From Lytechinus pictus (Eukaryota): a stretch of DNA of 64,000 nucleotides. The stretch covers positions 6,698,001 to 6,762,000 of the forward strand of contig NC_087246.1 of NCBI RefSeq assembly GCF_037042905.1, given 5' to 3'. Under the pieces are notes generated by a model, which was not told the DNA's origin, did not search any database, and worked only from the letters and a program-made list of their open reading frames with translations. A program made the translations under genes and the position numbers. Shown piece by piece: positions 22,783 to 37,700 of this stretch (positions are counted from its first letter, which is position 1; each line of letters opens with the position of its first letter).

Positions 22783-25700
22783 GTAATTTTATGTATGTTG
22801 ATGAAGCATGTTCTGAATAATTTGTTTGTACTTTTCGTATATTTATTTAGAAAATTCAAATTCCAAGATAATTTTTTTTAATGTATTAAACTTAATAATA
22901 GATGAGCCATTCCTACCCCCTCAATCCCCGAAACCTGTACAGAAATCATATGATGTTTGATAAATCAAATACTTTCTTGAAGAATTTATTGTTCTTAAAA
23001 GAAAGATAAGTGAATTGTTCTTGCTTTGTATTATATTGTTCAATATCTATAATTAAAGAAAATGACATTCAGGTTTATATTAAAATTTGATATCCTTTAG
23101 AATTTAATTCAAATTAGAAACAATTTAATTTTCAATGCACAGTAATTTTTGGGGGGCTAAAATCCTTACTTCATGGGAGAGTCACTTGCAACTAGAATCA
23201 ATATTCAAAGACTTTGAATAATTCTGTGTCCAGATTATTGATTTAATCTCCCTGAGAAAGTTATTTTGCAATGAACCTTTATTCTTAAAATGATTTCTTT
23301 GAGATCGTGTTTGGGGTTTTCACTGAAAAAAATTGGCATTTATAATGGGTGTGTGCTTGTGTTGATGAATTTGCCATGTCAGTCCACTGTGTATTTGAGT
23401 AAAATTACCATGGAAACCACTTTCCTCAGTTGCACAGAAATATATAATAAAACAAATTTTTGTGTGATTGGTTTGACATATCAGACAATACAATTATTTC
23501 TTGCATGCATTCGAAAGAAATTTGATTGACTGGAAACTTGCATAGACAATTTTGTTGAGATTTTATCATGTTCTGTGCTGCAAATGGAAGGATGTCTCAT
23601 TTATTTGCTTTATAGTGATAGCATGCCATTTTTTTTCTTGAATGTATGTATGTGTCTATGTATGTATGTATTGCATGGTTTTGTATTACTTTCCCCATTT
23701 CTCTACTAATGTGATCCAGTTATTATGCATAGCATTTAGGTCAGAATGATTTTATACACTATGTAGAAATACAACAAAATTTTGAACACTGTTAATTGTT
23801 CCCAATTATATAGATGACTTCCTGCCTCATCATTTGGTGGAAATGAAAATTAAGTTATTTTTTACATCTTTCAATAAGCAGGGGAAGTAATGCATGATAT
23901 TAGTATTATGCTCATAGCAATCAAAGGAGGTAAAGAATTTTACAGGAATACATCATTGGAAAATGAGTCTTGATGTGATAATGGAAATGATAAGTCTAAA
24001 TACACATTAAATATTTATCGATGGCTTAGAAAGATTTATAGAAATTTGAATAGGCTCTGGTAGTATGCATGAGTTGTTTTTAGGGTTTTGTGAATATGTC
24101 ATGCATATTATTCTGAGTGTTGATCTAAAGTAGATCTAGAATGCATATGATTACTGGTTCTCCTGCTTATGTCACGTTTTCTGGCTTATGGTTGGTTTCA
24201 CTCATACACCCCCTCTTATCATTTGGATCATGCATCTCTATCGTGTCTCTTTCATATTTTATGAAATGTTAACACCACCTATTTTCATGCATTTTAGAGG
24301 TGATAAAATCAGCATGAGAAAGTGTGATACTTGGCATGATCTAACTGAAGCGTTCCTCCATGATTCTACTCTGGATTTATCATTTACTTGCACAAGAAGA
24401 GAAAAAACTGAATGATGACATAAAAGCTTTATTTTTATGATTTTATGATCCAGAAGAAGAATTTTACCCCTGAAATCATTATAATCTTCTCTCGCTCTCC
24501 ATGTTAATAACTGTATTAGAAATATACATAACAGTTATGTATATATTTTTAATACAGAAAAGCTCAGATGAGATCAATGTAATCACAAGGGAGTGAATCC
24601 TTTAGATTTGCTATCAAGATTAAAATACATTTGAAGGTAGATGTAGTCAACAAACCAATATATCATTAGTAATCCAAACATCTTGCTCTAGAGCTTTTGT
24701 GCCACTGATAAAAGGATGGCGGAGTAAGAGCGGAAATTTTGGCGTCACCGTACTCAATCAGGCCAAGGCCTATTACTCCCTCTTACCTAAGTGCATACAG
24801 AAATGCATTACTGTAGTGTAGTCAATTCATTAAGTACTGCCAACTGCATCATTCCTGTAGTGATATTGTTGACTGCATGTATTTGGAAATGTGCTCAGTG
24901 ATCAGATGATTCAAATATGCACATTAGTTTTTGAAGAGGTCCTGTTTTACTGTTAATTGGTAGTGTTACGATATGTTGGTTGGAGACTAAGAGCGGGTTG
25001 ATGTCACTTGTCAGAACTCACAATCAAGATTTGACACTATCAAACTTTGTTGTTTATAGGTATCTTGTATAAAGATCTCTTGAATGCACTGCTTGAACTG
25101 CACTCTGTAACATAGCTGCAGCCATGTCTTTGGTAATCAAATAAAGGACTATATATTCTGGATGGCATGTGAATCAGATGTGGAAACTGAAGGCTAATCT
25201 CTTGGTGTTTATTCTGTAAAATCAAACTCATTTGCATCTGTCACACCATTCTTTTATCATTTCTGTACAGTACTAAAGCAGGTCCTTCCCAAGGAGTTCA
25301 GCACAGAGAAGGGAACATCCACCATTCAGAGGAGCACAGGTTGCAACCATCATCCAATGAACATCCTGGTGTACGAATTGTGGGTCAACCTCAGATGAGT
25401 TCCACACCCCATCCTAGTCACAGTGGTGGGGCAGGATACATGGAACAACAAAGACATGCTGAGCAACAAGCAGTCCTGCAAAACATGGTATGATCGTCTT
25501 GTTTTTATGAGTAGGGTGATAGTGGTGGTTGTGATGATAAATGATGATGCTGATTATGTTAAGGGTGGGAATGATGATGAGTTGATTAAGAAGATGGGAA
25601 CGATGATGATGATGAGGATGATGATGAAGTAGATGATGATGATGATGAAGATGATGATGATGATGATGGTAATAATGATGATGAGGATTATATATAGATG

Positions 25701-25887
25701 ATGATGAGGAGGAGGAGGACGATGATGATGATATGATAATGAAGAAGGTGATGATGATAAGGAGGAGGATGATGATGATTATGATGATGATGATGATGGT
25801 GATGATGGTAATGATGATGATGATGAGGAGGAGGAGGAGGATGATAATGATGATATGATAATGAATAAGGTGATGATAATGATGAGA

Positions 25888-25919
<32 letters not shown>

Positions 25920-28900
25920 ATAATGTTAATGATGGTGGTGTTCTGTTGATAGTGGTGGTGGTGGTTATGGTTTTGGTTGTATTGATGATGATATCATTAT
26001 TTTATCAAAAATTCAGTTATTTTTTATGGTGGTGATAAATGGAAAGTTTTACTGGTGGTATTCATCATCATTGATTATAATACATAACTATATTTTAAAA
26101 GTCAGTATTTATTTTATATTTATCTGATATAATTTTTGGAATCATTTTGACGATTCTTCAAATACTTGATCAGTGGCAGATCGAGGGGATTAGGGGTTTA
26201 ACCCTCACTTCGCGCCCCGTAAATTTTTTTTTTTAAAGAGCTTGGGATCAAAATCTAACACCCATTCCATGTTTATGAGAGTTGTGCAAGCAGAACAGTG
26301 GCGGATCTAGGGGGGGAGGGTGGTAAGATTACGCATTACGTAGCAGCTCATCATTATTGGATCAAACCAACTTGTCAAAACCCCCTCAAAGCAAAAAGCT
26401 AGATCCGCCACTGGTGATAATCTGCAATTCAAAGCAGCATTGGTGTGAATATTTTCACAACTGAAGGTTCAATCTTTTTGCCCTTTTCAAAATATTTTTT
26501 CTCTGATTGATGCTGGCAGGTGGCTGGTGATCAATTGAAAGTATTAAAAGCTTTATCATGGTGTAATCAGGTCATATTCTATGACATTTGCCTATGGATA
26601 CCTGAGAGAGAAAAAACGTTACCATGAGATTGTGAGTGTTGCTGGTGTCACACACTGTATTAAAGGACAAGTCCACCCCAAACTTTAATTGATTTGACTA
26701 AAAAGAGAAAAATCCAAGAAGCATAACACTGAAAATTTCATCAAAATCAGATGTAAAATAAGAAAGTTATGACATTTTAAAGGTTCGCTTAATTTCACAA
26801 ACAGTTATATGCACATCCTGGTCAGTATGCAAATGAGAAGACTGATGATGTCATCCACTAACTATTTCTTTTGTATTTCATTATATGAAATATGAAATTT
26901 TATAATTTTTCCTCATTGTCAAGTGAAACAAAGATTAATTCCTCCCTGAGCATGTGAAATTAGCATTGTTTTAATATTATATGGTTCAGTTAAGTTGGTC
27001 CTTACTGTCAAATCTGTAAAAACTGAAATATTGTATAATTCAAACAATAACAAAGAAAAGAAATAGTGAGTGATGGACATCATCGACTGTCTCATTTGCA
27101 TGTCACTGAAATGTGCATATCACTGTTTTGTGAAAAATAAGCGAAACTTTAAAATATCATAACTTTCTTATTTCACATCCGATTTTGATGAAATTTTTAG
27201 CGTTTTGCAAGTTGGATTTTTCTCTATTTTTAAATCATTATTTTTCCAGGATGGACTTGACCTTTAAATTTCTACCTGTCCCCTCCCACCTCTCTCAATC
27301 AATCTCTCTCTCTCTTTCTGCCTGTCTCCTCTCTCTACTTATCTCCTGTTTCCTCTCAGATATATGTAAGTGTCTCTATTTCTCCATCTTCCCTTTTATC
27401 TTGTAAGCTTAATCTATGTCTACAGTATAGGTATAGTCTCCTATGCTTCATGTGGGGTGTTGTCTTTGGATATTTTTCAAAAAAAATCAATATCACAGCT
27501 TAAAATCAAAATGCTTAAACTGTTCATTTTCATTAATGAGTTTTTTTTTCATTTTCTTCAGCATTTTTATTTATATATAATACCACCTCACTCTTATAAT
27601 GAATATTTATGAGTGCCATTATTTCTTTGTTAGACGCAATCAGAAAATAGCCTCCGTACAAGCCTAGAAGTAATGCAAGCCAGTTTGAAAGAACTCAAGA
27701 CGAGAAAACAGGTAGGAATATCCCCTCTATCTATCTGCAGAATAATATATCTTAATAACACTTTGATTTTATTTTAAATGAAATTGCTTTGAAGTTTTTT
27801 TGCACTTATTCTAATGTAAAATGAAACAAAATGGTGAAAACCTTAAAGGAGAATGAAACCCTTGAAACCAGCTGAATCCATATCAAAGAGAAAAATCAAA
27901 GAAACATATTGTTGAAAGTTTGAGGAAGATTGAATGAGTAATAAGAAAGTTATGAGCATTTGAATATTGAGATCACTAATGCCATGTAGATCCTCCCATT
28001 GGCAATGCGACCAAGATCTGTGATGTCACACACGTACAACTCCCTCATTACTTTAGTACTTATTTCACTTATATTCTCACTTTTATAGAGTCTATCACAA
28101 GGTGAGGTGTTCTCTTTATGAGAGGACAAGTACAGAGCTTTCACAACATTATATCATTGATGAATCGTTTGTCATATGATTAGAATGAGCAAAAAGAGAT
28201 GTTTGGGGGTATATTTTCAGTGTCCAAAAGGGGAGAGTTGTTCATCTGTGACATCATTGATCTTGGTCGCATTGCCAATAGGAGGATCTCCATAGCATTA
28301 GTGATCTCGACATTCAAATGCTCATAACTCTTCTATTGCTAGTCCTATTTTACTCAAACTTTTGTTGATCTTATTCTTTGATTCTTCTGCTTTCACAAAA
28401 GCTAACTTGCTCCAAGAGTTTCATTCTCCTTTAAAAATGTAAAGTGAAAGGATATATCAGCTTACAAATAAATAAAGTCTCACCCTTTCACCCTTCACTT
28501 TATCTTTGACAGCAATAAAATCAGACAATTGCAAATCTGTATTTATGCCATTGCTGCCTTGGACCATGTATCTTTAATCTTGCCCACCATATTTCAATTT
28601 TATGCTGTTAGTTTAAACTACTTCTTCTCTATATTTCATTTATTTTTTACCTGTATATAGATTATTTGTTTTTATCCATCATACTGTTGATGTCATATTG
28701 ATGTTTTTTATGTAAATGTATTTCTTGTTTGAATTGGAAATGAAGTTTGAATTTCAATTTGAATTTGAATTACAAGAACCACTTTGATTGGTTCCAGGTC
28801 AGTATTTTGAACAAAATGGGCATACAACTCTGATCTTTATTGGTCATTGGCATTTAGTGAATGATTGCAAACCTTCATGCTATTAAGCCCAGGCGATATC

Positions 28901-31745
28901 AGATTTATTTTTCATTACTCACATTTTTTCAACATATTAATGATAATTATATTAACATTCTTTCAAATTGTAGCAAGAAGGTTACACATTCATCTAAAGA
29001 ACTAGATTTTAAAGAAAATGTAATATCATTTTGTATGGTGTTCTACTCTATGAAGATGATGATGTTTTTGTGTCATGTTCTCATTTTGAAAGGAGACATT
29101 TCTTGTTTATTACACATGTGTTGTATTATGTATTAATGTCAAATCAAACTCCATAATAGGATGCAGTGGATGAATTGAAGACACTTCAAGAAGCTGTGAA
29201 GAGGAATAAAAGTGATATCCAACAGGCTGAGGAGATGGCTAGGATGAGTGTAGAGAAAGGAGATGGACTCAGGTAAGAATCAAGAAAGCATTAATTTTAT
29301 AGCATTTAGTTTGCATTGTTGATCTACTTGTGTATTCAAAGGCGTAATATATATCATCCGGGTTTAGCTCCAACAGTGTCTCATTTCATTTTTTTTTAAT
29401 TCTTGCTGGAATGTCAACTTCCATTGGAAGAGCCAACCAGTAAGCAGAAATGGGACCTTGCTGTTTCCTTCACTTGGTGCATTCAATACTTAGTCCTCAT
29501 ATGTACCCATTCAACTCACCTGGGTCGAGTATAGCACAAAATAATAATAACAATATTGAAACATTTTTGGATAGCGCAGAATTCATATATGCAAAACTGC
29601 ATGTCTCTAAGCACTTTTTCCAAGTGGAGATGGAGAGGAGAGCACTGGGTTAATATGCTGATAAATATCTTGCTGAAGAAAAGCACATATGGACAAGTAC
29701 TCGAACCCATATCCATCTGATTGAAAAACAAGAATCAAACCACAAGACTGCAACTCTTCCACTTTAAAGCATCATTTGAAATGAATATATTTCACCATGA
29801 AAGAATTGCACCACCCCCCTCCCCCACTTGATGGTAAAGATTTTTTTGCTCTTTTTCTGTATCTTGGTAATCTCTCAGCTACATCAAGAAACTCCCTGCT
29901 GTACATCATATTAATAGCAAAAGGTTATGATTAATTAATAATTGCTCATTATCATCCAATAGTATCACTCTGAATTATACTATACTTTGATTTGAACATT
30001 TCATTTTGTTATGGCAGTGATGCATGAGAGTATGCAAGTCTTGATATAAAAACGTGACTCTAATTTGAAGTAAATCCTAATCTCTTCAAAGCCACCCTTG
30101 TTGTGGTTTTTGACTGCTGCATATGAAATTGCTGTAAACAAGATGCAGAAAGGATCCTGTTGGCCGATATCTTCAAATGAATAATTCCTTTCCCGTATTT
30201 CATAGGTATTTCACTTTCGTACTAAGGTTTTATTCCAATAGCTGGTTTATGTTCTTTTAATCAGCTAATGGTATGGCTCACCCTCAGAATATATTTACAT
30301 TTATGAATTTGAATATCAGGCAGGGTCAGGTATTGTGTTGGGAGATGTATAAATGAAATCTCATATTATAGGAAGGAATACAGCTAGGTAAAATAGTAAT
30401 AAGGTTCTCTACTAAAGATTTATTTTCAGATGATCTGGACTTAAAAACATAACAGATGTAACGTTGATGCGTAACATTTTATATAGTCCCACTCATTCCT
30501 TTTTATGTGCAGTGCACACAAGACTCTCTGCAGGACTAGGTCACTGCTTTTACTGTCATTTTAAAGATGGCAATATCTGATCGTTTGCGCTAATTCTTAA
30601 GTTCTTTACATGTTTCATATTCTTTTATTCATTCCTATTAGACAGTTTGTTTTTAAAGAATTTAAAGTTGCAACCAAAAGTAATACCTACCATTGCCATT
30701 GGGCATGCTCGATAATAGAGTATTATGCCCTCCTTATACAAGTGTCCTGCTATTATTCCATTCCATATTTGTGTATTAAAAAAAAAACAGAATAAAACAT
30801 CCATGCCCTCAACCGTTTTTCACTCAGAGTACAAATTTCTCATGTTTTATTAGCCCTAAGTTCATTTTGGAATGGCTAGTATCTTATGTTTGCAGTAGTC
30901 AGTAGGAAATTTATACTTTATGGGGGTTTTTTTAATAATTTTTTTGGTATGTCTGAGTTGTCCAATACCACATAATTTATCCATGGAAACTGTTCAGTGC
31001 AAAATGTGTTGTTATTTCTGTATTTCTGGAAAATCTCTCACGTGCCTCTCTCTATAGTGGTCTCTTTCTCTACAGTATACTTGAAAATATACAAATTTTC
31101 GTAAGTATGTGCATTAAAAAAATAGATGCCAAAGTGCACATGAATTGAGCACACTTGTTGCGCTTCAGGTTGTGGTTGTGCAGTGGATTTTTAATCTTCT
31201 GGTTCTGGCGCCATCAATGAAAATACTGAATCTCATAAAAAGGCAATTAGACTCTTGGCAGGATTGGCTTTGTCTGTGGTAGATTAATTATGATGATTGT
31301 CTGTTGCATGTGAGATTTCAATCTCTTTCCATTAAATCTTGTCAATTGAATGTTTGTTCAAGAGCATGGGAGTGGGATGGAGGTATATGACAGCACTCAG
31401 GGAAATGTTTGAAGTGCATTTCAAATTAAACATTCACTGAATTGCATGAGGAGTTGTCTGATGAGGTGCTTAGTGTTTATTCATTTTGAGATGTGGACAT
31501 TCTGCATTCTTCATAGAATTGTTGGGATAGAGAATAAAATACAGTGGCAATGAAAACAGGGTTTTTATCATTCTCCTACTGTCCTTTATAGTGCATTAAA
31601 AAATTCAAGGTCAGGAATTTTGATACAAAAATAATCCATGATGTACTTAATGGGTTATTGGTATGATTGGTATAATAATAATAGCAGGGCCCGCTGGGAG
31701 AACAGTTTTCAGAACTGACGTGGCTTTCCTGGGTAAATATACCTA

Positions 31746-31776
<31 letters not shown>

Positions 31777-34700
31777 GTTATTATCCATAATGTACTTTAG
31801 AAAGATGTTTGGTTATTTCAGATTTCGAATGAGGTAGTTGAATTAAAAAACTATTTAGATTATTACTCACTTGCTTTCAGAATGCCCCTTCATTCGTTGA
31901 GTTGCAAACATGTACAGTATAAAAATTGAAATAAAGATCAATTTTATTGATTTTATCTTTGGGGTACCAGATAGAAATTATTTCTCTTTTAAATCTATTA
32001 TTTTTCTATGCATAATTGTCATTATGATTATATCTTTTTATGCAAACTGGTTCATGTTACACATTTGAATTTTTGATAAATCAAAATTTTGATAAATCTG
32101 TATATGGCCCGCAATAAATGACACTCTCTCTCTCCATATCAATGTTACAAGCTGATAGATGATTAATGCTTGTTTCTAGGCGATTGAGAGGTGGCATTTG
32201 AAAGAGACATTTGTTTCCCAGTTGCATGAGCTTGACAGCTCGGTTGTCAGTGATAGATGAATAGCAAGGTGTTTTACCGCCTAAATGAGATTGCTATTGC
32301 TGTTTTTGTCATTAGTGGGCCTACTCTCAGAAGACTGTTTTGCATAACGTAACTAGTCTATGGATTAACATAGTGTGATATGATTTCATTTTCAATGCAA
32401 TATAATTCTTATAACACTGGTTAGTTAGTTTGTGATGATTTCTATTTTACCTAATTGATTGAATGATTGATGCGAGATTCATTTCATTTCAAATTTTCAA
32501 CAACACAATTACGAATTAAGACAAAATGCATAACATGATGAAATAGAAAGGGACCTATTGATAAGCATAGCTTGTTTATGTTGATTCCCTTGGATGAATA
32601 AACAATTGACATGTGTGAATACAAAATTCAAATTCTGATGGCTAAGAAAACATGATGAATGATTAGAATTATAAGAATGTACTTAAAATGTAATACCATT
32701 TCCAGTGCAGTATATATGTGTTTCTTTTCTTGAAAATCTGTTTAACATAAGCTTTAATATCACTACACACTCTAAACTGGCAACATGCCAGTAACAATAA
32801 AATCCCGGTTAAAAAGGAAATTGGCAACCTTTTTTGTTATAATCCTGCCATTATTTATCATGTCTGCTCATGTTATCAATTTTTTTTAAGTATGAAAATT
32901 AAAATGGTTTAATTCAATGTTTGTTGCCAATTTAAGAAATCAAATGAGAGTAATATCATTAAAGTTGTGTACCTCTATGGGTAAAAAGCATTGATGATAA
33001 ACTTTTCATTTACCTAATGCCTAGGTCTGAACTGATGGTGCTAGAATACCAACGAGACCAAGCAAGGAGAGAATTAAAGGATCTAGAGGAGGGTATCACT
33101 GCAAGGAGGAATCCTCAGGATAATACTAGGGGGTCTGACAGGGGTCATATAGGATCCACTACTGGCCTTGCACAGATTGGTCTATCAGTAGAAGAGGTAT
33201 AAAAGTTATTGTGTCTTAACCCATTGCTTGCTGAAACTAAGTGGTCCTTGTATAAAGACTGGGAATTACAGAATTCACTCATTAACAGGTTAAGAAGTGT
33301 GTTATTCTAGACTTGATTTTCGGACCTTGTATTATGAAGCTCATTTGAATATTTGAATTCTATGATAAAATTGCTCACAACTAATCAAATTGCATCATTT
33401 TAGTAGCCTATAACAGTAGCTCCTAATTCTCCATTTATGATAATTATCATGTAAAAAATATTCCTATTGCATTATTTATTTCAAATTCCTCCTGCCCTTA
33501 AGATGCTTGGTGTGATCCGTGAGCGAGATGATCTCCAGGCTAAGCTAGAGAAGGATCAAGGCAATCATGTTTCTAAAGAGGAACATGAGGAGGTATTAAG
33601 GCAGCTTGATCAAACCAAGCAGGAGCTATTTGAGAACCAGAAAGCTTCAAGAACCAAATTGGAGAAATTACAAGAGGTAGGAGCCATGATAAAGAGACAT
33701 TGAAAGAAGTCATTTCAGATCCATTATAGTTTCTTCCTATATGTATGTATTATATCTTATCATATTGACAATCATTTAATATCATATGTACATCCCTCAT
33801 TGTGTTTTACTTACTTTCAGATGAACTTCACTATCCTTTTGCATATCCACTTCTAATGCTCCTACTGTCCCTCAATTCTTCCAATTAGTTTTTTTTTTCC
33901 TTTACATATGCTTCTCTTGTCTACCATTTTCTTCTTTCATGATATCAGAAATCAACGTTTGTTAACTTACATCTGTGAATAATATTCTGTAGCATTGACA
34001 TTAAAAAAAACCTGATATATATTTCAGAAATATTTCTTTGCAATAATGCAGCACTGCCAATTGTAGTAAGTAAAATTATATTTATTAAAATAAACAACAT
34101 ATGGCAGCCCAAGGCTGAATTCTATGAAGTTTACATTGATAAAAAAATTCAAATTGGTTACATTATTATTATTGCATTATTCACACTTGGATCGTCAAAC
34201 AATTATCGTTAAAATAGACACAATTCAATAATAGACTACTGGTAGGTACAACTTCAAATTAAGGGTTGAAAGAGTAGTAAAGAAAGAGAGCATGCAAGAA
34301 AGAAGGAAAAGGAGAAATGAAAGAGGGAGGAGATAGAGAGGATAAGAGAAAGTGATGAACAAACGATGAGGAACGAGATGGCTTGAATGAGTTGACAGGA
34401 TGACAAAACGGGAAGAAATAATGAAAATGTGAGAAGGTAACATAAAGGAATGCTTCACAAAGAAAGGAGATCAGAGAAGAGTAAGGGAACTGAAGGAGAG
34501 AAAACAGAGAAAAGATTAAGGGAGGAAAATCAAAAATAATATTTAAAAAAAGTAATTAATTGCATTCAATATAATATGAAAAATGTTTGTATTATAGTCA
34601 TATTCACAATATAATATAATAATATGTAATATTTGATGATCTTATCAACTGAATTTATTTGTTTCATTAATGTTCAGGATCTTGAGGAAGGAAGAGGGAA

Positions 34701-37700
34701 GATTGAAAGCTTGAAGCTTATTGAATCTGATCTGAAGAAGGAATTATCTGAAACCCAGGAAACCTTGAAGAACTCAGAGAATGATCATCAAAAACAACTC
34801 TTGGTAAGAACTATAGTATGGATTACATAGGCCATTTGGGGTCCAGTGGACCTCAGATCTTGTTTCTTATTTTGATTTAAACTTATCCAAGTAATCAGTT
34901 AAATTCTCAGTCAATATACTGGTTAGGTTGGAATAGATGTAACTTCTAAACTGTTTTTATGGTTTCAAGTCTAGGAGCTGTCGACATACAGATATCACAT
35001 TTGTTTTCAAAATCAATAATAATTTCACAGACTTAGAATTATAACAAATAATACAATTGATTGTATATTTTATGTGTCAGGGCACCTATCTTACATTTTA
35101 GAGAATTCTATTTTTCACTGGTCCTTTATGATCTGGCTGAAAGTGTAAGTGTACCTTGACCTGCAGAAATCTTAACAAGTTGAAGATAAAAGAAGTCATT
35201 GCCTGGATATGATATATTTCATTTAATCTATAAAATTGCAGGAGAAAACTACTACTATTGAGGAGTTGAAAGGCAAAGCAACCACAGAGACGGCAGACCT
35301 CCGACATAAGCTCTCAGAATCCACACAGCGTATCACAACCTTAGAGAGCGCCCTCTTAGATAAGGATGTAGTGACGACTCGTATGCAGGAACGGATCAGA
35401 GGACAGGGACAAGAGGTTCTAGAGCTTACAAATAAGGTCATTAGAATTTTATTGTCTTGACCCATCTTGTTTTTTGCCTTTTGTGTATGGGGTATTTTGG
35501 TTGTAGACAAGGTCATATTCACAAAATTCAAGGTGGACAAATATTTTACATAATCATTTATCCTCCCTACATATTTAAGGTACATCCCTCTTATAGACTA
35601 TAGTCATAGTCCATGCATAAAAGGTTTAGGAGCTATACGACAGCTCCGCCAACCCAAACATCTTGAGGCCAAGTTTAAATGATGTTGAGAAAAGGTAGAA
35701 TGTTGATGAGAATGGTGATTATACATTGATAATGATATTGGTGATAGTAGTGATTTTTAAGGAAAAGAAGATATCTGACTCTTGAGTCCTTAGAGAAAAA
35801 CAATTATGAAATAATGATATTCACGATAGTGATAGTAATTAGGATGAGGCTTGTGGTGATTTTGAATATCATTTTAAATTTTTATAAGCCATTTTTTTAT
35901 TGATAATCATGTTGCTTTCATACTTTCCTATAATGGCAGAAATGGCATTCATAATGATAATTTAGTGTTATGATTATCATTAACTGTTTTAATGGCTATT
36001 TTCTATTGAAAGGTTGATGAACTTGAAAAGGAAAGGGAGAAGAAAGCTAGGAAGGCAGAGACTGTGAAGGAAGTAGCTCTTGTTGAACTTAGAGGAAAAC
36101 TTCTGAAAGAGAAGGATGAAGAACTGGATCAGGTAAGTAAATGAAAAATGAAAGAAAAGCAGAGATTATATTGTCTTTCCTCAGGTACTTTATCAAATGT
36201 CTGAGACATATCAATTGATGACCCGGGGTCATGGATGCAACTCTTGTTGTGATACCTAGATTAAAACAGACATGATGAAACTTAGAAGGTGAATGGAGAA
36301 ATATTGACATTATTTCATAAGCTTGAAATCATGCATAAAGCAGGTTAATTTCAAGCAGATGTACAGTAGGATAAAGAATGTTTAAATATATTAATGCCAT
36401 TTTTCATGTATTCTTATTATTTTCATATCTGCACCATGCAGCAAAAGAAGATGTTAGAGAAGACTCACCAAGATATATTGATCAAAGAACAGACACAATC
36501 AACTGAGAGACTTACTAAACTGGAGAAAGAAAATGAGGTAAGCAATTAGTAGACTCAACGTGTCATTAGTTGCTGGGTTGTTATTTTGAATACCTTGGGA
36601 GCAGAATAATACTAAATCATCTCAAATTATACAATGGTTGGATTTTTTTTCCAAAGTTCAAAGTTTTGTCTTTATTGATCCATATCCGAAATTTGTTTCG
36701 TTCACATCTTCAAGTCAATAAACATCAAAATATCATACTAACAAATAAAGCTATTGTTACATAAAGATTATTTACAATGAATGTGAATACATGTTTACAT
36801 AATGGATACAAACAGATAAAGCCTTGATCTGAATAGTAGATGACAATACTTGAAATTCAGTAGAAATAACTAGTAATTATTATTTCAGTACAAACATTTT
36901 AGTGTTTTATTCCAATAATAAATGCATGAAGTATTAATGAAGTAGATTAATTCCAAAAAGTTTCTGTATTACCTCCAAAAAGACTTAATTTAGATGTGTG
37001 TATTCATTCCTATTTTAATTATCATTAGAAAACAGGAAAAAAGTTATAAGATAAAATTATTTGCATAGACAGATTCTATGTACAGTATGATGTACAATTC
37101 GAACATTTTAAGCCATATCCAACCTTTTTTATTTACAATATTTTAAAATTCAGGTGAGATCTTAGAAAGTATGCACTACATTTGTGGTTTCATGATAAAA
37201 TGACAAATACAGATTAAAAATCATTGTTGTGTGAAAGTTTTAGTTCAAAGCAATTGCTTCTTCAACATAACCAATATTTTTAGTTCTTTCTATTGCCATC
37301 ACTGGACAACGATACTTGGGGCTGTGTTAGATAAGTAAAAATTTTGAAAAATATATGTTTACCAAAATAGTAGTTTATATATTCATATTGTGTATGCTAT
37401 CATTTTTGGGGGAAGGGGATGTGATCTGTTTTAATTTCATATTCCATTCCAAGTCTGTTAAAAAATAAATGAATGGATGTAGTACCCCCTATACTATACC
37501 TACAATGTAGGTTTTTATCAAAACAAGTAAGAGTTTAGATAAAATCAGATCTGGTTCTTTTCAAAATAAAACATTTGTTTTCTAAAAATTATTCAAATTC
37601 ACATCTGATATAAGCAATGCTGTTTCTAAATATTACATCACTCCCTCACAACTTATTATTCTCTGAATGCCAGAACTGTCTTCAAGTATATTTTATTAAC

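Noticed and set aside
17837..22786. Long intronless ORF as a retrotransposon, viral gene or retrogene
   Set aside because: No RT, integrase, protease or transposase motifs; flanked by splice sites in phase with downstream exons
24411..24475. Possible C/D-box snoRNA (ATGATGA ... CTGA) in intron 1
   Set aside because: No convincing terminal stem or recognisable rRNA antisense element; such boxes arise by chance in AT-rich DNA
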